From positions 1 to 58,744 of the forward strand of contig MGHG01000011.1 in NCBI GenBank assembly GCA_001793095.1: a stretch of 58,744 nucleotides of DNA, read 5' to 3'. The notes under the pieces are model-generated. The model did not search any database and was not told the DNA's origin. It saw only the letters and a program-made list of their open reading frames with translations. Source of the stretch: Candidatus Woesebacteria bacterium RIFCSPLOWO2_01_FULL_39_23. Lineage in GTDB: Bacteria; Patescibacteriota; Microgenomatia; UBA8517. Position numbers and translations under genes: made by a program. Below are positions 7,226 through 17,050 of this stretch, piece by piece (the stretch's first letter is position 1; the number at the start of each line of letters is the position of its first letter).

Positions 7226-7798
7226 TCAGTGATTAATACTGCCACGAGGTTTGAATAAACGCTGTAGCAAAGGTTTGAAAGGTTGAGAAATAAACTTCTT
7301 GTCTAACTTAAGGCTTTTCCGTATTAGATACTTCACCCAACCGGCAGCGTGCCAGAAAAAGTCCCATATACTCCACAAGCCGGAAAAATAGTCGGAAACA
7401 ACAAAATCAAGTTTTATGCTGCTTGGGAAAACATCATTGAAAATCATTCTAGCTCTACCCATATGATCAGCAGAAGTGACAATTAGCGCAGAGCTAAGGT
7501 TGTGTTTTCTCATTAAGGATAAGGAAAACTTTGCGTTTTCATATGTATTAACCGATCTGTTGTCCTCAACAGTTCTCCCCTTTTCAACCCCCATACTTAC
7601 TAAATACTCTTTAGTGAGTTTCCCGAGTGGTTTTGAAGTGGGGTTAAAAAGCCCGCCTACTCCGCCTGTCGTAATAATATACTTTATCTTTTTTTCTTTA
7701 TAAAGCTCAAGAACTTTATTCATTCTTTTCTTTTGGCGACTCGAAAAACCAAGAGGAAAATAAGAATGACCAAGGATTATCCCCGCATCGTAAATCAT
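7226..7798 (-). CDS. YdcF/DUF218 (SanA/ElyC-like) family protein
   Basis: DAGIILG, IITTGG, EDNRSVNTYENA, IVTSADHMGRA. Confidence 0.85.
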   Translation of the reverse strand: MIYDAGIILGHSYFPLGFSSRQKKRMNKVLELYKEKKIKYIITTGGVGGLFNPTSKPLGKLTKEYLVSMGVEKGRTVEDNRSVNTYENAKFSLSLMRKHNLSSALIVTSADHMGRARMIFNDVFPSSIKLDFVVSDYFSGLWSIWDFFWHAAGWVKYLIRKSLKLDKKFISQPFKPLLQRLFKPRGSINH

Positions 7799-7928
7799 AC
7801 CTCAATTATACCAAAACATAATTTCTACAATTCAGGGTTAGGATTGAGAGATTTAGTAGTCCATTCCGCCGCCGCTGCAATATTAAATTTGTTTGACAGC
7901 AACTCCACATTTCTGGAATACTTAAGTA

Positions 7929-9140
7929 GTGGAATACTATCTTGGAACTAACAACCCTCCCAAAGTTGTCCCGCAAACACCAAACGAGGTATTACAGGAA
8001 TCAAAATCTCCTTCTCTTGTAGGTCAAGAAACACCCACACCGGATGAGCCAAACACTCAAACCAAACCCAAACGAAACTTTCCACTTTATTTAAAAGTAT
8101 CTATTGTGTTAATGGTAGTTCTACTGATTATTTCGGGTGCGTATTTTATTACTATCAAAAGAAATAAACCAACAACCAACAATTCCAACGATACTACTAA
8201 TAAAAACCAGCCTACAACAACTCAAGCGTTTCAACTAAATATCGCTCATGACTATACTATTGAAGTAAAGCAAAACCCTGGTTGTAAAAGTAAAGACTCC
8301 TCTACTTTCTGTCTTGCTGACATTTTTCTTAAAGACGAAGAGGGAGGAAATAGCGAATTCTTCATGACCCTAGATAATGTCCAGAATGACACTAGAGAAC
8401 CTAAAGTTGTCAATGGCAAGCTATTTCTAATTAAAAGGATCGTTGACGAGTCATCTCTTAACCCAACCGGTTACTACTTGCAAAATGCTATTTGGACCGA
8501 CGAGGTGTGGGTGTACGATATGTACAGGACAGGCACGAAACTTTTTTCCGCTAAAGGAGCCACTTTTAGTGTCAGTCCCGATGGTTCACTGGTTGCAGTA
8601 GAACCATTAGGCATATTAGAAAACCCATATAAAATAAGAGTTATTACTGTTGATGACGGTCAGCAGTCTTCCGACTTTTCGATTAATTCTGAAACGTGTA
8701 TACCCAATCCAACTATTCGAAGAGACATCGGCTGGCTTAGACTTCTTAGATGGGATAAAGGTAGTAAGATCTTATGGGGAGACTTTGAGGGAGAATATGC
8801 GATCGTGGGTTGTTTCTGGAATGTAAACATTACAAATGGAGAAATATCTTACTACTCAGTTCCCGGAATTCTCGGTGCGATGGTCGCTTTAAACACTGCA
8901 AAAATGGTTGCAGTCTATGATGACTTTCCTCCGTTTGTTGATGAGGATTCTTATAATGAATGGGTTAAAATACACCCGACCTATTCACTTTATATTTATG
9001 ATATACAAACCACAAAAAGCACAAAAATCGACATCTTCCCTACATCGTATAAGGGGGCTCTTCTCGGTGCCAGATGGATCTCTGATAACACCTTGAATTA
9101 TTCCTCTCCGGAAGGTCCAAAAACATATACTATTCCTTAA
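7929..9140 (+). CDS. Membrane-anchored extracellular protein, probable beta-propeller
   Basis: Pro/Gln-rich cytoplasmic N-terminus, one TM helix, Asn/Thr linker, repeats such as SVSPDGSLVAV, WDKGSKILW, WISDNTL. Confidence 0.7.
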   Translation: MEYYLGTNNPPKVVPQTPNEVLQESKSPSLVGQETPTPDEPNTQTKPKRNFPLYLKVSIVLMVVLLIISGAYFITIKRNKPTTNNSNDTTNKNQPTTTQAFQLNIAHDYTIEVKQNPGCKSKDSSTFCLADIFLKDEEGGNSEFFMTLDNVQNDTREPKVVNGKLFLIKRIVDESSLNPTGYYLQNAIWTDEVWVYDMYRTGTKLFSAKGATFSVSPDGSLVAVEPLGILENPYKIRVITVDDGQQSSDFSINSETCIPNPTIRRDIGWLRLLRWDKGSKILWGDFEGEYAIVGCFWNVNITNGEISYYSVPGILGAMVALNTAKMVAVYDDFPPFVDEDSYNEWVKIHPTYSLYIYDIQTTKSTKIDIFPTSYKGALLGARWISDNTLNYSSPEGPKTYTIP

Positions 9141-9186
9141 ACTGGATCTTAGATAATGATGAGGGATTAGAAATTAAGAATTGAAG

Positions 9187-10824
9187 TTAGTAGTCCATTC
9201 CCCCACCCATACCACCGGGAGGCATGCCGCCCATAGGAGCCACTTTCTCTTCGGGCAGGTCTGTAATTAAGCCTTCAGTAGTTAAAACCATCATGGCAAC
9301 GGAGGCTGCATTTTGCAGTGCGCTGCGTGTTACTTTTAGGGGATCCAGTATTCCGAAATCAATCATTGAACCAAATTCGCCGGTCAATGCGTTATAACCA
9401 TAGTTATTGTCTTTCGAATCCTCAATCTTCCTTAGAACATAACCGTCATCTTCACCTGCGTTTTTAGCCAACCAGCGAAGGGGCGCTTCCAATGCATCAT
9501 TTACAATTTCAACTCCTACTTTCTCGTCATTACTATCGACCTTTAGAGAAGCCAGTGCTTTTCTTGCTTTGATCAATGCAATTCCGCCGCCGGGTAATAT
9601 TCCCTCTTCAATTGCCGCTTTTGTTGCCCCAACAGCATCTTTAACTCGTTCTTTTTTCTCATTTAGTTCAATCTCTGTTGCCGCTCCGACATTAATTTGT
9701 GCAACACCCCCCGCAAGTTTAGCCAGCCTCTCTTCTAATTTTTCTCTATCAAATTCCGAGTCGTTATCCACAATTTGTCTCTTCAGAAGAGCAATTCTTG
9801 CCTTAATTTTTGCAGCATCTCCTTTACCGCCAATTATTCTTGCATTATCTTTATCAGCCCAAACTTTATCAGCCCGCCCAAGATCCTCTATCTCAATATT
9901 TTCAAAAGTTTTTCCGGTATCTTCGCTAACGACCATACCACCAGTTAAAATTGAAATATCCTCAAGCATTTCTTTGCGCCTATCACCAAAGCCCGGAGCT
10001 TTTACAACTAAAATATTGAAAGTCCCTTTTAATTTATTTACAACCAAAGTAGCCAGCGCTTCACCTTCAACTTCATCGGCAATAATAACCAACGTCTTTG
10101 ATACTTTGACGAATTTTTCTAAAAATGGTAATAAGTCCTGAACCGAAGCTATTTTCTTATCCGTTAGAAGAATATAAGGATTTTCAATTTCAGCCTCCAT
10201 CTTTTCGGGGTTTGTTACAAAATATGCTGAAACATAACCTCTATCGAATTCCATGCCTTCTTTGTACTCAATGTCCATTGTCAATCCCTTACCCTCTTCT
10301 ACACTTACAACTCCATCACGCCCAACCTTATCGAGTGCTTCAGCAATCATACTGCCTATTTCGGCATCGCCCGCTGAAATGGTGGCAACTTGAGTTATTT
10401 CTTCTTTATTTTTAATCGGTTTAGCAATTTTCTTGAGTTCTGTTATTACCGACTCAACAGCTTTTTCGATTCCTCTTTTTATAATCATCGGATTAGCACC
10501 AGCCGTAACATTTTTCATACCTGTGGCAGTTATCATTTGAGCCAGAAGAGTTGCCGTTGTTGTCCCATCTCCCGCTACGTCATTAGTCTTACTCGCAGCC
10601 TCTTTTACGAGTTGCGCACCCATATTTTCAAACGGATCTTTAAGTTCAATCTCTTTGGCAACGGAAACGCCATCATGAACAATGTTTGGTGCACCCCATT
10701 TTTTATCCAGTGCGATATTTCTCCCTTTAGGGCCAAGTGTCGTCACAACAGCTTTTGCAACGATATCTATCCCCTTAAGAAGAGCGGCTCTAGCGTCATC
10801 TGCAAATTTTAATTGTTTTGCCAC
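9187..10824 (-). CDS. groL: Chaperonin GroEL
   Basis: [26 protein letters not shown] tail. Confidence 0.99.
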   Translation of the reverse strand: MAKQLKFADDARAALLKGIDIVAKAVVTTLGPKGRNIALDKKWGAPNIVHDGVSVAKEIELKDPFENMGAQLVKEAASKTNDVAGDGTTTATLLAQMITATGMKNVTAGANPMIIKRGIEKAVESVITELKKIAKPIKNKEEITQVATISAGDAEIGSMIAEALDKVGRDGVVSVEEGKGLTMDIEYKEGMEFDRGYVSAYFVTNPEKMEAEIENPYILLTDKKIASVQDLLPFLEKFVKVSKTLVIIADEVEGEALATLVVNKLKGTFNILVVKAPGFGDRRKEMLEDISILTGGMVVSEDTGKTFENIEIEDLGRADKVWADKDNARIIGGKGDAAKIKARIALLKRQIVDNDSEFDREKLEERLAKLAGGVAQINVGAATEIELNEKKERVKDAVGATKAAIEEGILPGGGIALIKARKALASLKVDSNDEKVGVEIVNDALEAPLRWLAKNAGEDDGYVLRKIEDSKDNNYGYNALTGEFGSMIDFGILDPLKVTRSALQNAASVAMMVLTTEGLITDLPEEKVAPMGGMPPGGMGGGMDY

Positions 10825-10921
10825 TTTATTAAAAAATAAATTTCAAAAATAAAAATGCTAAATTTAGCATTTAGCTTCTTAGCATTCAGCTATTTTGTTT
10901 CTATTACTGCGAGTATATCAA

Positions 10922-10951
10922 CATTCGGTAATTTTACAAGATTACCGAATG
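10922..10951. repeat. 11-bp perfect inverted repeat between groES and groL
   Basis: CATTCGGTAAT-N8-ATTACCGAATG. Confidence 0.65.
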
Positions 10952-10958
10952 CGTCATT

Positions 10959-11267
10959 TTAGCTAACTATAGCTAAAATGTCATCAAATTTTGCGAATAA
11001 ATATTCTGCTCCATCAATCTTGACTTCATTCCCGCCCCATTTTTTATAAATAACTATCTCCCCGACTTTAACAGAAGCTGCCTTTTTAGTACCGGAGTCT
11101 GTTATTTCAGGCTCGCCGATAGCTAATACTTTGCCTTTTTGCGGTTTTTCGGATGCGGATTCAGGCAAATATATACCCGAAGCTGTTTTCTCCTCTTTTT
11201 CAAGGGGTTCTATAAGAAGATATCCGGGAGCAGGTTTCAAATTCAAATTCGTCTTTTTTGTTTTCAT
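10959..11267 (-). CDS. groS: Co-chaperonin GroES
   Basis: LKP..GYLLIEP, TASGIYLP..A.EKPQ.G.V.A.G, VKVGEIV. Confidence 0.97.
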   Translation of the reverse strand: MKTKKTNLNLKPAPGYLLIEPLEKEEKTASGIYLPESASEKPQKGKVLAIGEPEITDSGTKKAASVKVGEIVIYKKWGGNEVKIDGAEYLFAKFDDILAIVS

Positions 11268-11280
11268 TTTCCTTAAATTG

Positions 11281-11335
11281 TTAGCGTTCGATCTTTGCGA
11301 GTGCTATTTTAATAAAGTCCCTTGTGGCTTGTCAA
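11281..11335 (-). promoter_or_regulatory. sigma70 promoter plus CIRCE upstream of groES
   Basis: Minus strand TTGACA (11335-11330)-N18-TAAAAT overlapping the CIRCE TTAGCGTTC-N9-GAGTGCTAT at 11281-11307. Confidence 0.8.
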
Positions 11336-11349
11336 GTAGGAAGTATCAT

Positions 11350-12906
11350 TCAGCGTGGACCTATGCCGAATTTTGCATAAACTTTCTCTGCCTCTGACGA
11401 AATTGTTTCGACAACATTTTTTGCAGCCTTTCTATTTTTAGTCGCCACGAGAGTATCTACGCCCTTTTTATACACCTCAGCCAAAAGACTATTTAGTCCG
11501 GTCGCGCCGTCATTTGTACCACCGGCCAAATACCAAGACTTGGCATTAGGAGCAAGCGCAACTATTGAGCCAAGAACGGCGTCATTTATCAATTTATCCC
11601 TCATATCAATCCTCGGATAGGGCTTTCCTATGACTCCCGCTTTTGCTGAGTTATTAAACATTTTTTCTAAAGACTCAGGTTGTGACAGAAATTTTAATAA
11701 ATCCCAAGCAAGTTCTTTATCCGCACTTTTATTCCAAACCCCCTCAACCCAATAAGATGCATAAGAAACATCCGGCTCGGTTGGGTCGTTTCTTCTTACC
11801 TGCGGAATCGGGATTGTTTTGAAGTTCAAATTCCTATTAAATTTATTGATGGTGTCTATTGCTCTCGCCGGGCCAAAATACATTGCGACCTTGCCCTCAG
11901 CAAACGCCTCCGTTGATCTTGGAAGTGTGGTATCCCAAACTTTATCAAAAGCAGAAAAATCTGAATAAAAAGATATTGCTTCCTCCGCCTGAGCAGCGTC
12001 GGTCCCGGCAGGTTTATATAAATTTGCTTTATTCTGGTACATCAGAAGGCCAACAATCTCCGGCCAATAGTCAACGTTCTGAGTAATGCCAACTGACGAA
12101 CCTGATTGAATTATTATTCCTTTGTCATTTCTAGTTGTTAACTCCCCTGCTAACTGCCTAAATTGATCCCAGGTTCTCGGTGGAATTTTACCTGCCGTCG
12201 AAAATATACTTTCGTTAATATAAAGAGTAAGTCCATCGTATTCCAAAGGAACTCCAACGATTCCCGAGCCGGTAGTAAGATCGCCGACAGCGACAGGATA
12301 ATAAGTCCTCGCAAAATCATCATAAGTCATAAACTCCCTAGGCATTATATCCAGCGCTTCTCTAAACATTGGCACCCACGAATTGTGAATAGTAAGAACG
12401 TCAGGGCCTTTGCCTTGAGATAGTGAATTGGCTAATCTCTCTCTGTAATCAGTCGGAGATTCTTCTATAAAGGTTATTTTCGAATTTGGATTTTCTTTCA
12501 CATATTCGTCAATCAGCGGTTGAACAACGTCTTTTGTGTATCCCAAACCCCACCAAACAATCTCGCCACTTACGCCAATATTTTTTCCATCCCCTGGTTT
12601 AAGTTTTGTCAGCAGATATATAAGAGGTACTAATATGGCAATAAAAGTAATTACCATTACTAAAACTCGTAAAAGTTTTTTAGATTGTGAACCCAGCTTC
12701 GGTGTATATACAAATTCTTCCTCTTCACTGTTCCCCGAGTAATCGTGGAACGGATAATTTTCATCACTAGGAGTATTATTCGTCCCGACCGGTGAATTCT
12801 CAACGTGTGATATTTCGGATTTGTTTTGGATAATATTCTCTTTACTGGCAGTCGGAATTTTACCTAATTTATCGTCTGGCCTGGGCTGATACTTTTCCTG
12901 AACCAT
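11350..12906 (-). CDS. Extracellular solute-binding protein (sugar ABC family 1), membrane-anchored
   Basis: TM helix then IVWWG, GKGPDV, GVPL..D.L.LYIN...F, PRTWDQF, F.EGK.AMYF. ATG 12906 preferred. Confidence 0.85.
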   Translation of the reverse strand: MVQEKYQPRPDDKLGKIPTASKENIIQNKSEISHVENSPVGTNNTPSDENYPFHDYSGNSEEEEFVYTPKLGSQSKKLLRVLVMVITFIAILVPLIYLLTKLKPGDGKNIGVSGEIVWWGLGYTKDVVQPLIDEYVKENPNSKITFIEESPTDYRERLANSLSQGKGPDVLTIHNSWVPMFREALDIMPREFMTYDDFARTYYPVAVGDLTTGSGIVGVPLEYDGLTLYINESIFSTAGKIPPRTWDQFRQLAGELTTRNDKGIIIQSGSSVGITQNVDYWPEIVGLLMYQNKANLYKPAGTDAAQAEEAISFYSDFSAFDKVWDTTLPRSTEAFAEGKVAMYFGPARAIDTINKFNRNLNFKTIPIPQVRRNDPTEPDVSYASYWVEGVWNKSADKELAWDLLKFLSQPESLEKMFNNSAKAGVIGKPYPRIDMRDKLINDAVLGSIVALAPNAKSWYLAGGTNDGATGLNSLLAEVYKKGVDTLVATKNRKAAKNVVETISSEAEKVYAKFGIGPR

Positions 12907-12968
12907 GTTATTACTGTAAAAAATTTGACTGAAACCGTCAAGATTAATGGTATCATACAAATTATATT

Positions 12969-14714
12969 ATGTTGAAGATTCAGGTTAACAAAATTCAAAA
13001 AATGGGAGGTGTAAGGATTTTTTCCGGTATCTTAATTTTAATTACGGTAACTGCGTATATTTCTTTTTTCCTGTTTTACAAAAATAAAATTATGCCCGGC
13101 GTTTACGTAGCAAGTTATTATGTCGGGGGATTAACTAAAAATGAAGCACAAGATCTATTAAATAATAATGTCTCGGTCCCGGAAAAAATAAAGGTTCTTA
13201 TAGCAGGTAATGAGTCAGAAATTTCACTCAGTAATCTTGAGTTTCGTTATAATTTTGAGCAATCCTTAAACAATGCCTTCGATATCCGCCGCGAAAAAGA
13301 TTTGAAATCACAAATTTCGGTGATTTTTCCTTACAGCAGAGTCTTTATTGCGCCATCGTACAGTCTTAATAAAGAAAAATTAAACCAGGAAATACTGCGT
13401 ATCGGAGATTTTCTCAGTCAAAAAGCGTCACTTCCATATCTATATATTAAAAATGGTGAGGTGATACTTGAAAACGGCAAGCCTGGTTATGAAGTTAATA
13501 TTGATGACTTAAATAAAAAACTCGATCAAAATCTGTCAACATTTAACTTTTCTCCGATTGAGATAACTACTACTAAAGTTGATCCAACTCTCGACGAAAA
13601 GGCAGCAAGTCGGTTTATCGAGAGAGGAAAAAAATTTTTAGGTAAAACACTAACCGTCGTGCAAGGCGATACTACAATCTCTTTTGATGATGAGAAAATT
13701 CTACCCCTTCTTGACTCCGTTAAAACATATAATCAAAAAGGTATTGAACAACTTACAACCGAAATAGCCTCACAAGTTGATAGGAATCCGCAAGACTCCG
13801 TTTTTATTTTTGATGAAAATAAAGTTAAAGAATTTAAACCCTCCAAAGAAGGTGTTGCTGTCAATAAAAATGAACTTACAAACAAAATAATTTCCTATCT
13901 TTCTGATTTTGAGGTGAACGGAGACGAATCCAATGTCGAAGTTCCGGTCGACACAACTCAGCCAAAAATCACTACAGACAGTATTAACAACCTTGGAATA
14001 AAAGAGCTTCTCGGCAGAGGTAGTTCAAAATTTACAGGATCAATCACGTCCAGGGTTCATAATATCGGCCTCTCATCTTCAAAATTCAACGGGATTCTCA
14101 TTCCCCCAGGAGAAGTTTTTTCTTTCAATAATACCCTCGGAGACGTATCTAAATACACAGGTTATAAACAAGCATATATCATCCAGAATGGTCAGACAAT
14201 CTTAGGTGATGGCGGGGGCGTTTGCCAAGTTTCGACAACATTTTTTAGGGCAGCTCTCGCCGCAGGACTTCCGATTACAGAAAGGAGAGCACATTCCTAC
14301 CGCGTATCTTACTATGAACAAGGCTCGCCTGTAGGCTTGGATGCCACCGTCTTTTCTCCAACTACTGACTTAAAAATTAAAAACGACACTCCCGGACATT
14401 TATTAATTCAAACTATATTTGATGCTAGCCAAAAAACATTGGTTTTTGAAATTTATGGGACTAGTGATGGCAGGGTAGCGACTATCGGAAAATCGGTTAT
14501 AACCAGTTCGACTCCCCCGCCCCCCGACCTTTATATTGACGATCCGACCCTTCCAACTGGCGCCGTAAAACAGATCGATTTTAAAGCCTGGGGAGCAAAG
14601 GTAAATTTCAGCTACAAAGTTGAAAGAAGCAGAGAGGTTTTAATTGATAAAGTCTTCTATTCCAACTATCAACCCTGGCAAGCTAAGTTCCTTAGAGGAA
14701 CGGGTAATATTTAA
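12969..14714 (+). CDS. VanW family protein with peptidoglycan-binding domain
   Basis: R.HNI, FSFN.TLG, GY..A.II, GGGVCQVSTT.FRAAL.AGLPI.ER.AHS..V.YY, G.DATV. Confidence 0.88.
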   Translation: MLKIQVNKIQKMGGVRIFSGILILITVTAYISFFLFYKNKIMPGVYVASYYVGGLTKNEAQDLLNNNVSVPEKIKVLIAGNESEISLSNLEFRYNFEQSLNNAFDIRREKDLKSQISVIFPYSRVFIAPSYSLNKEKLNQEILRIGDFLSQKASLPYLYIKNGEVILENGKPGYEVNIDDLNKKLDQNLSTFNFSPIEITTTKVDPTLDEKAASRFIERGKKFLGKTLTVVQGDTTISFDDEKILPLLDSVKTYNQKGIEQLTTEIASQVDRNPQDSVFIFDENKVKEFKPSKEGVAVNKNELTNKIISYLSDFEVNGDESNVEVPVDTTQPKITTDSINNLGIKELLGRGSSKFTGSITSRVHNIGLSSSKFNGILIPPGEVFSFNNTLGDVSKYTGYKQAYIIQNGQTILGDGGGVCQVSTTFFRAALAAGLPITERRAHSYRVSYYEQGSPVGLDATVFSPTTDLKIKNDTPGHLLIQTIFDASQKTLVFEIYGTSDGRVATIGKSVITSSTPPPPDLYIDDPTLPTGAVKQIDFKAWGAKVNFSYKVERSREVLIDKVFYSNYQPWQAKFLRGTGNI

Positions 14715-14764
14715 ATTATATGGGAAATTTCTAAATCTGCTCAGCTAAGCTTGGCTGCTAACTG

Positions 14765-15271
14765 CTATTTTTGTGACCGAGCAATTGTTTCAAGTAAAGA
14801 GTCTATTTGCTCCCATGAAATCTTCTCAACTACTGGCGATTTTCGCCAATCTTGTCGCTCCCTTTCCTCCAATACCAACTCCGGTTCCATTGTATCTTGA
14901 TTAATTCTGAACTTTGCTCTTCGATTGCCATATCCAATAGAAACGGATACATCTAATCCTTCGCGCGATCGTGCAGTAACTTCTAACTCTTGTGATTCAA
15001 AGTTATCCCCTTCCGCTAGAAAAAGGGGGACGGCAACAGGTAAGTCATTAATGCCAAAGCTTGATGCACTTAATGTCGTATAACTTTTAGCTCTATTGAA
15101 ATCATAGTCGGGGATAAAAAACACCAATTCATCGATCTTTTCCCATCTCTTCTTAGCTTCACCATGTTCGATGATAGGTAAAGCTTCCTCAGCATCACCA
15201 ATAATAACGCTGTCCACTCTGTAAATAGATTTTACTTGAACCGGCACGCCCATAAATATCTCTGTAGTCAT
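14765..15271 (-). CDS. Hypothetical protein
   Basis: 168-aa ORF filling the gap between vanW and dedA; no motif recognised. Confidence 0.55.
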   Translation of the reverse strand: MTTEIFMGVPVQVKSIYRVDSVIIGDAEEALPIIEHGEAKKRWEKIDELVFFIPDYDFNRAKSYTTLSASSFGINDLPVAVPLFLAEGDNFESQELEVTARSREGLDVSVSIGYGNRRAKFRINQDTMEPELVLEERERQDWRKSPVVEKISWEQIDSLLETIARSQK

Positions 15272-15383
15272 TAATTTATTATCCGGTTATCATCACCGTA
15301 AGTAAACTAGCATACTTAATAATTCTCCTCTTGTTCTAATACTCTCTCGCTCTTATGCTCATATAATTGTATAATTAGCCTCA

Positions 15384-15992
15384 ATGGAATTATCCCAATT
15401 AATCAATAAAATCGAACTAATTTATGGCTCTTGGGGGTACTTGCTAGTTTTTCTAAGCAGCTTTATCGAAACGACACCAATGGGCTGGGCAATACCGGGA
15501 GGTACAATAGTAGCTATTGGAGGGTTTTTTTCTTATGGAAATAACCCATCTTTTCTTGTCGGAACATTAATTTTCGGGGCGCTTGGAATGCTACTAACCT
15601 TCCTTCTTGCATACTACGCCGGATTAAAAACAGGTCTTTATTTTATAAAAAAATTCCACCAGGAAAAAAACGCAAAACGGGCGGAGCTTTTACTTAAGCA
15701 TCACGGCCCAACAATTCTTACTACTTCGCTCTTGGCAAATTTAACACGTTTTTGGGTTGCCTACTTGGCTGGTCACCACAGATATAATTTCTACAAATTT
15801 TTCTTATTCTCTACCATTGCGTCTTTTACTTGGAGCTCGCTACTTGTTTTTGTGGGCTATATTGCGGGAAGCGGCAGACATCAATTAGAAAGAGGTGTTG
15901 CCAATATCGGGATACTGACTTGGGGAATATTAATTTTAACTATTGGAATAATATACCGAAAGTTTAAAAAACTTGATGTTAATTATAAATAA
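15384..15992 (+). CDS. DedA family membrane protein
   Basis: FIET..MG..IPG, ..AYYAG, F.LFSTIASFTW....VFVGY. Confidence 0.88.
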   Translation: MELSQLINKIELIYGSWGYLLVFLSSFIETTPMGWAIPGGTIVAIGGFFSYGNNPSFLVGTLIFGALGMLLTFLLAYYAGLKTGLYFIKKFHQEKNAKRAELLLKHHGPTILTTSLLANLTRFWVAYLAGHHRYNFYKFFLFSTIASFTWSSLLVFVGYIAGSGRHQLERGVANIGILTWGILILTIGIIYRKFKKLDVNYK

Positions 15993-17022
15993 AAGAAATG
16001 CACTCGAGCACGCCGTCAAAGTTTTAAAACAAGGCGGTCTGGTAATCGCGCCTACCGAGACGCTATATGGGGCGCTGGTTGATGCAACAAATCCAATCGC
16101 TGTAAGAAAATTGACACGCTACAAGAATAGACCCCTTGGAAAACCTTATTCAATTGCGGTGACAAATCAAGACATGGCAAAAAAATACGTTAAGTCAAAC
16201 TCAACAGCTATAAGTCTATATAAAACTTTTCTCCCAGGACCGGTCACAATTATTTCACAAGGTAAACATAAAGTAGCTCCCGGAATCGAATCAGAAAACG
16301 GAACACTCGGAATAAGGATTCCCGACTATAAATTAATTATCGCTATTATAAATAAATTAGGTAAACCGGTTACTGCAACTTCAGCAAACGCAAGTTACCA
16401 GAAACGGCCTTATAAAATTTCAGACATTTTAGAAAATATATCCGAAAAACAAAAAGGGTTAATTGACCTAATTATCGACGTCGGAAAATTACCGAGAAGA
16501 GAACCCTCTACCGTTATTGACACGACGCTTGACGATCCGGTAATTCTGCGCCAAGGTGAAATTAAATTAAAAGATAAAAATGAAGTTGTATCCCGAAGCC
16601 CGGATGACACAAAAAACATTGCTAAAGAACTTTGGCAAAAATATGAAACTTTTTCCGGAAAACGCGCAATTATTTTTGCACTAGTGGGTGAAATGGGAAC
16701 TGGTAAAACCGTATTTACAAAAGGTCTGGCACGTGCAAGAGGAATAAAAGATAAAGTAATTTCTCCGACATATGACATAGAAGAAGAATACGATAACGGC
16801 TTACTTTTTCATATCGACGCGTGGCGATTTGAAAAATCATCCGAACTGAAATATTTTAACTTCGCTAAAAAAATTTCCGATAAATCTATCGTTGTCATAG
16901 AATGGGCCGACAGAGTGTCTGACGTAATTCAAAAATATAACGAGGAAGCAGTAATTATCTGGGTAAACATCTCCTACGGTAAAAATGAAACCGATCGGAT
17001 AATCAACTGGGGAGTTCTGTGA
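15976..17022 (+). CDS. Fused TsaC (Sua5/YrdC threonylcarbamoyl-AMP synthase) and TsaE (ADP-binding ATPase)
   Basis: N-half: PTETLYG, K.RP..KP, LPGPVT, GIRIP, TSAN, STV, LRQG. C-half: GEMGTGKT, SPTY, HIDAWR, IEWA. Single uninterrupted frame. Confidence 0.9.
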   Translation: MLIINKRNALEHAVKVLKQGGLVIAPTETLYGALVDATNPIAVRKLTRYKNRPLGKPYSIAVTNQDMAKKYVKSNSTAISLYKTFLPGPVTIISQGKHKVAPGIESENGTLGIRIPDYKLIIAIINKLGKPVTATSANASYQKRPYKISDILENISEKQKGLIDLIIDVGKLPRREPSTVIDTTLDDPVILRQGEIKLKDKNEVVSRSPDDTKNIAKELWQKYETFSGKRAIIFALVGEMGTGKTVFTKGLARARGIKDKVISPTYDIEEEYDNGLLFHIDAWRFEKSSELKYFNFAKKISDKSIVVIEWADRVSDVIQKYNEEAVIIWVNISYGKNETDRIINWGVL

Positions 17023-17050
17023 TAAGTCTTATTAGTCAAATTAGTCGTAT

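Noticed and set aside
9569-10812. Long plus-strand ORFs antisense to groL, and similar shadow ORFs opposite valS, dnaA, prgI and the pilins
   Set aside because: Typical antisense shadows of strongly biased coding sequence; no motifs or initiation signals.
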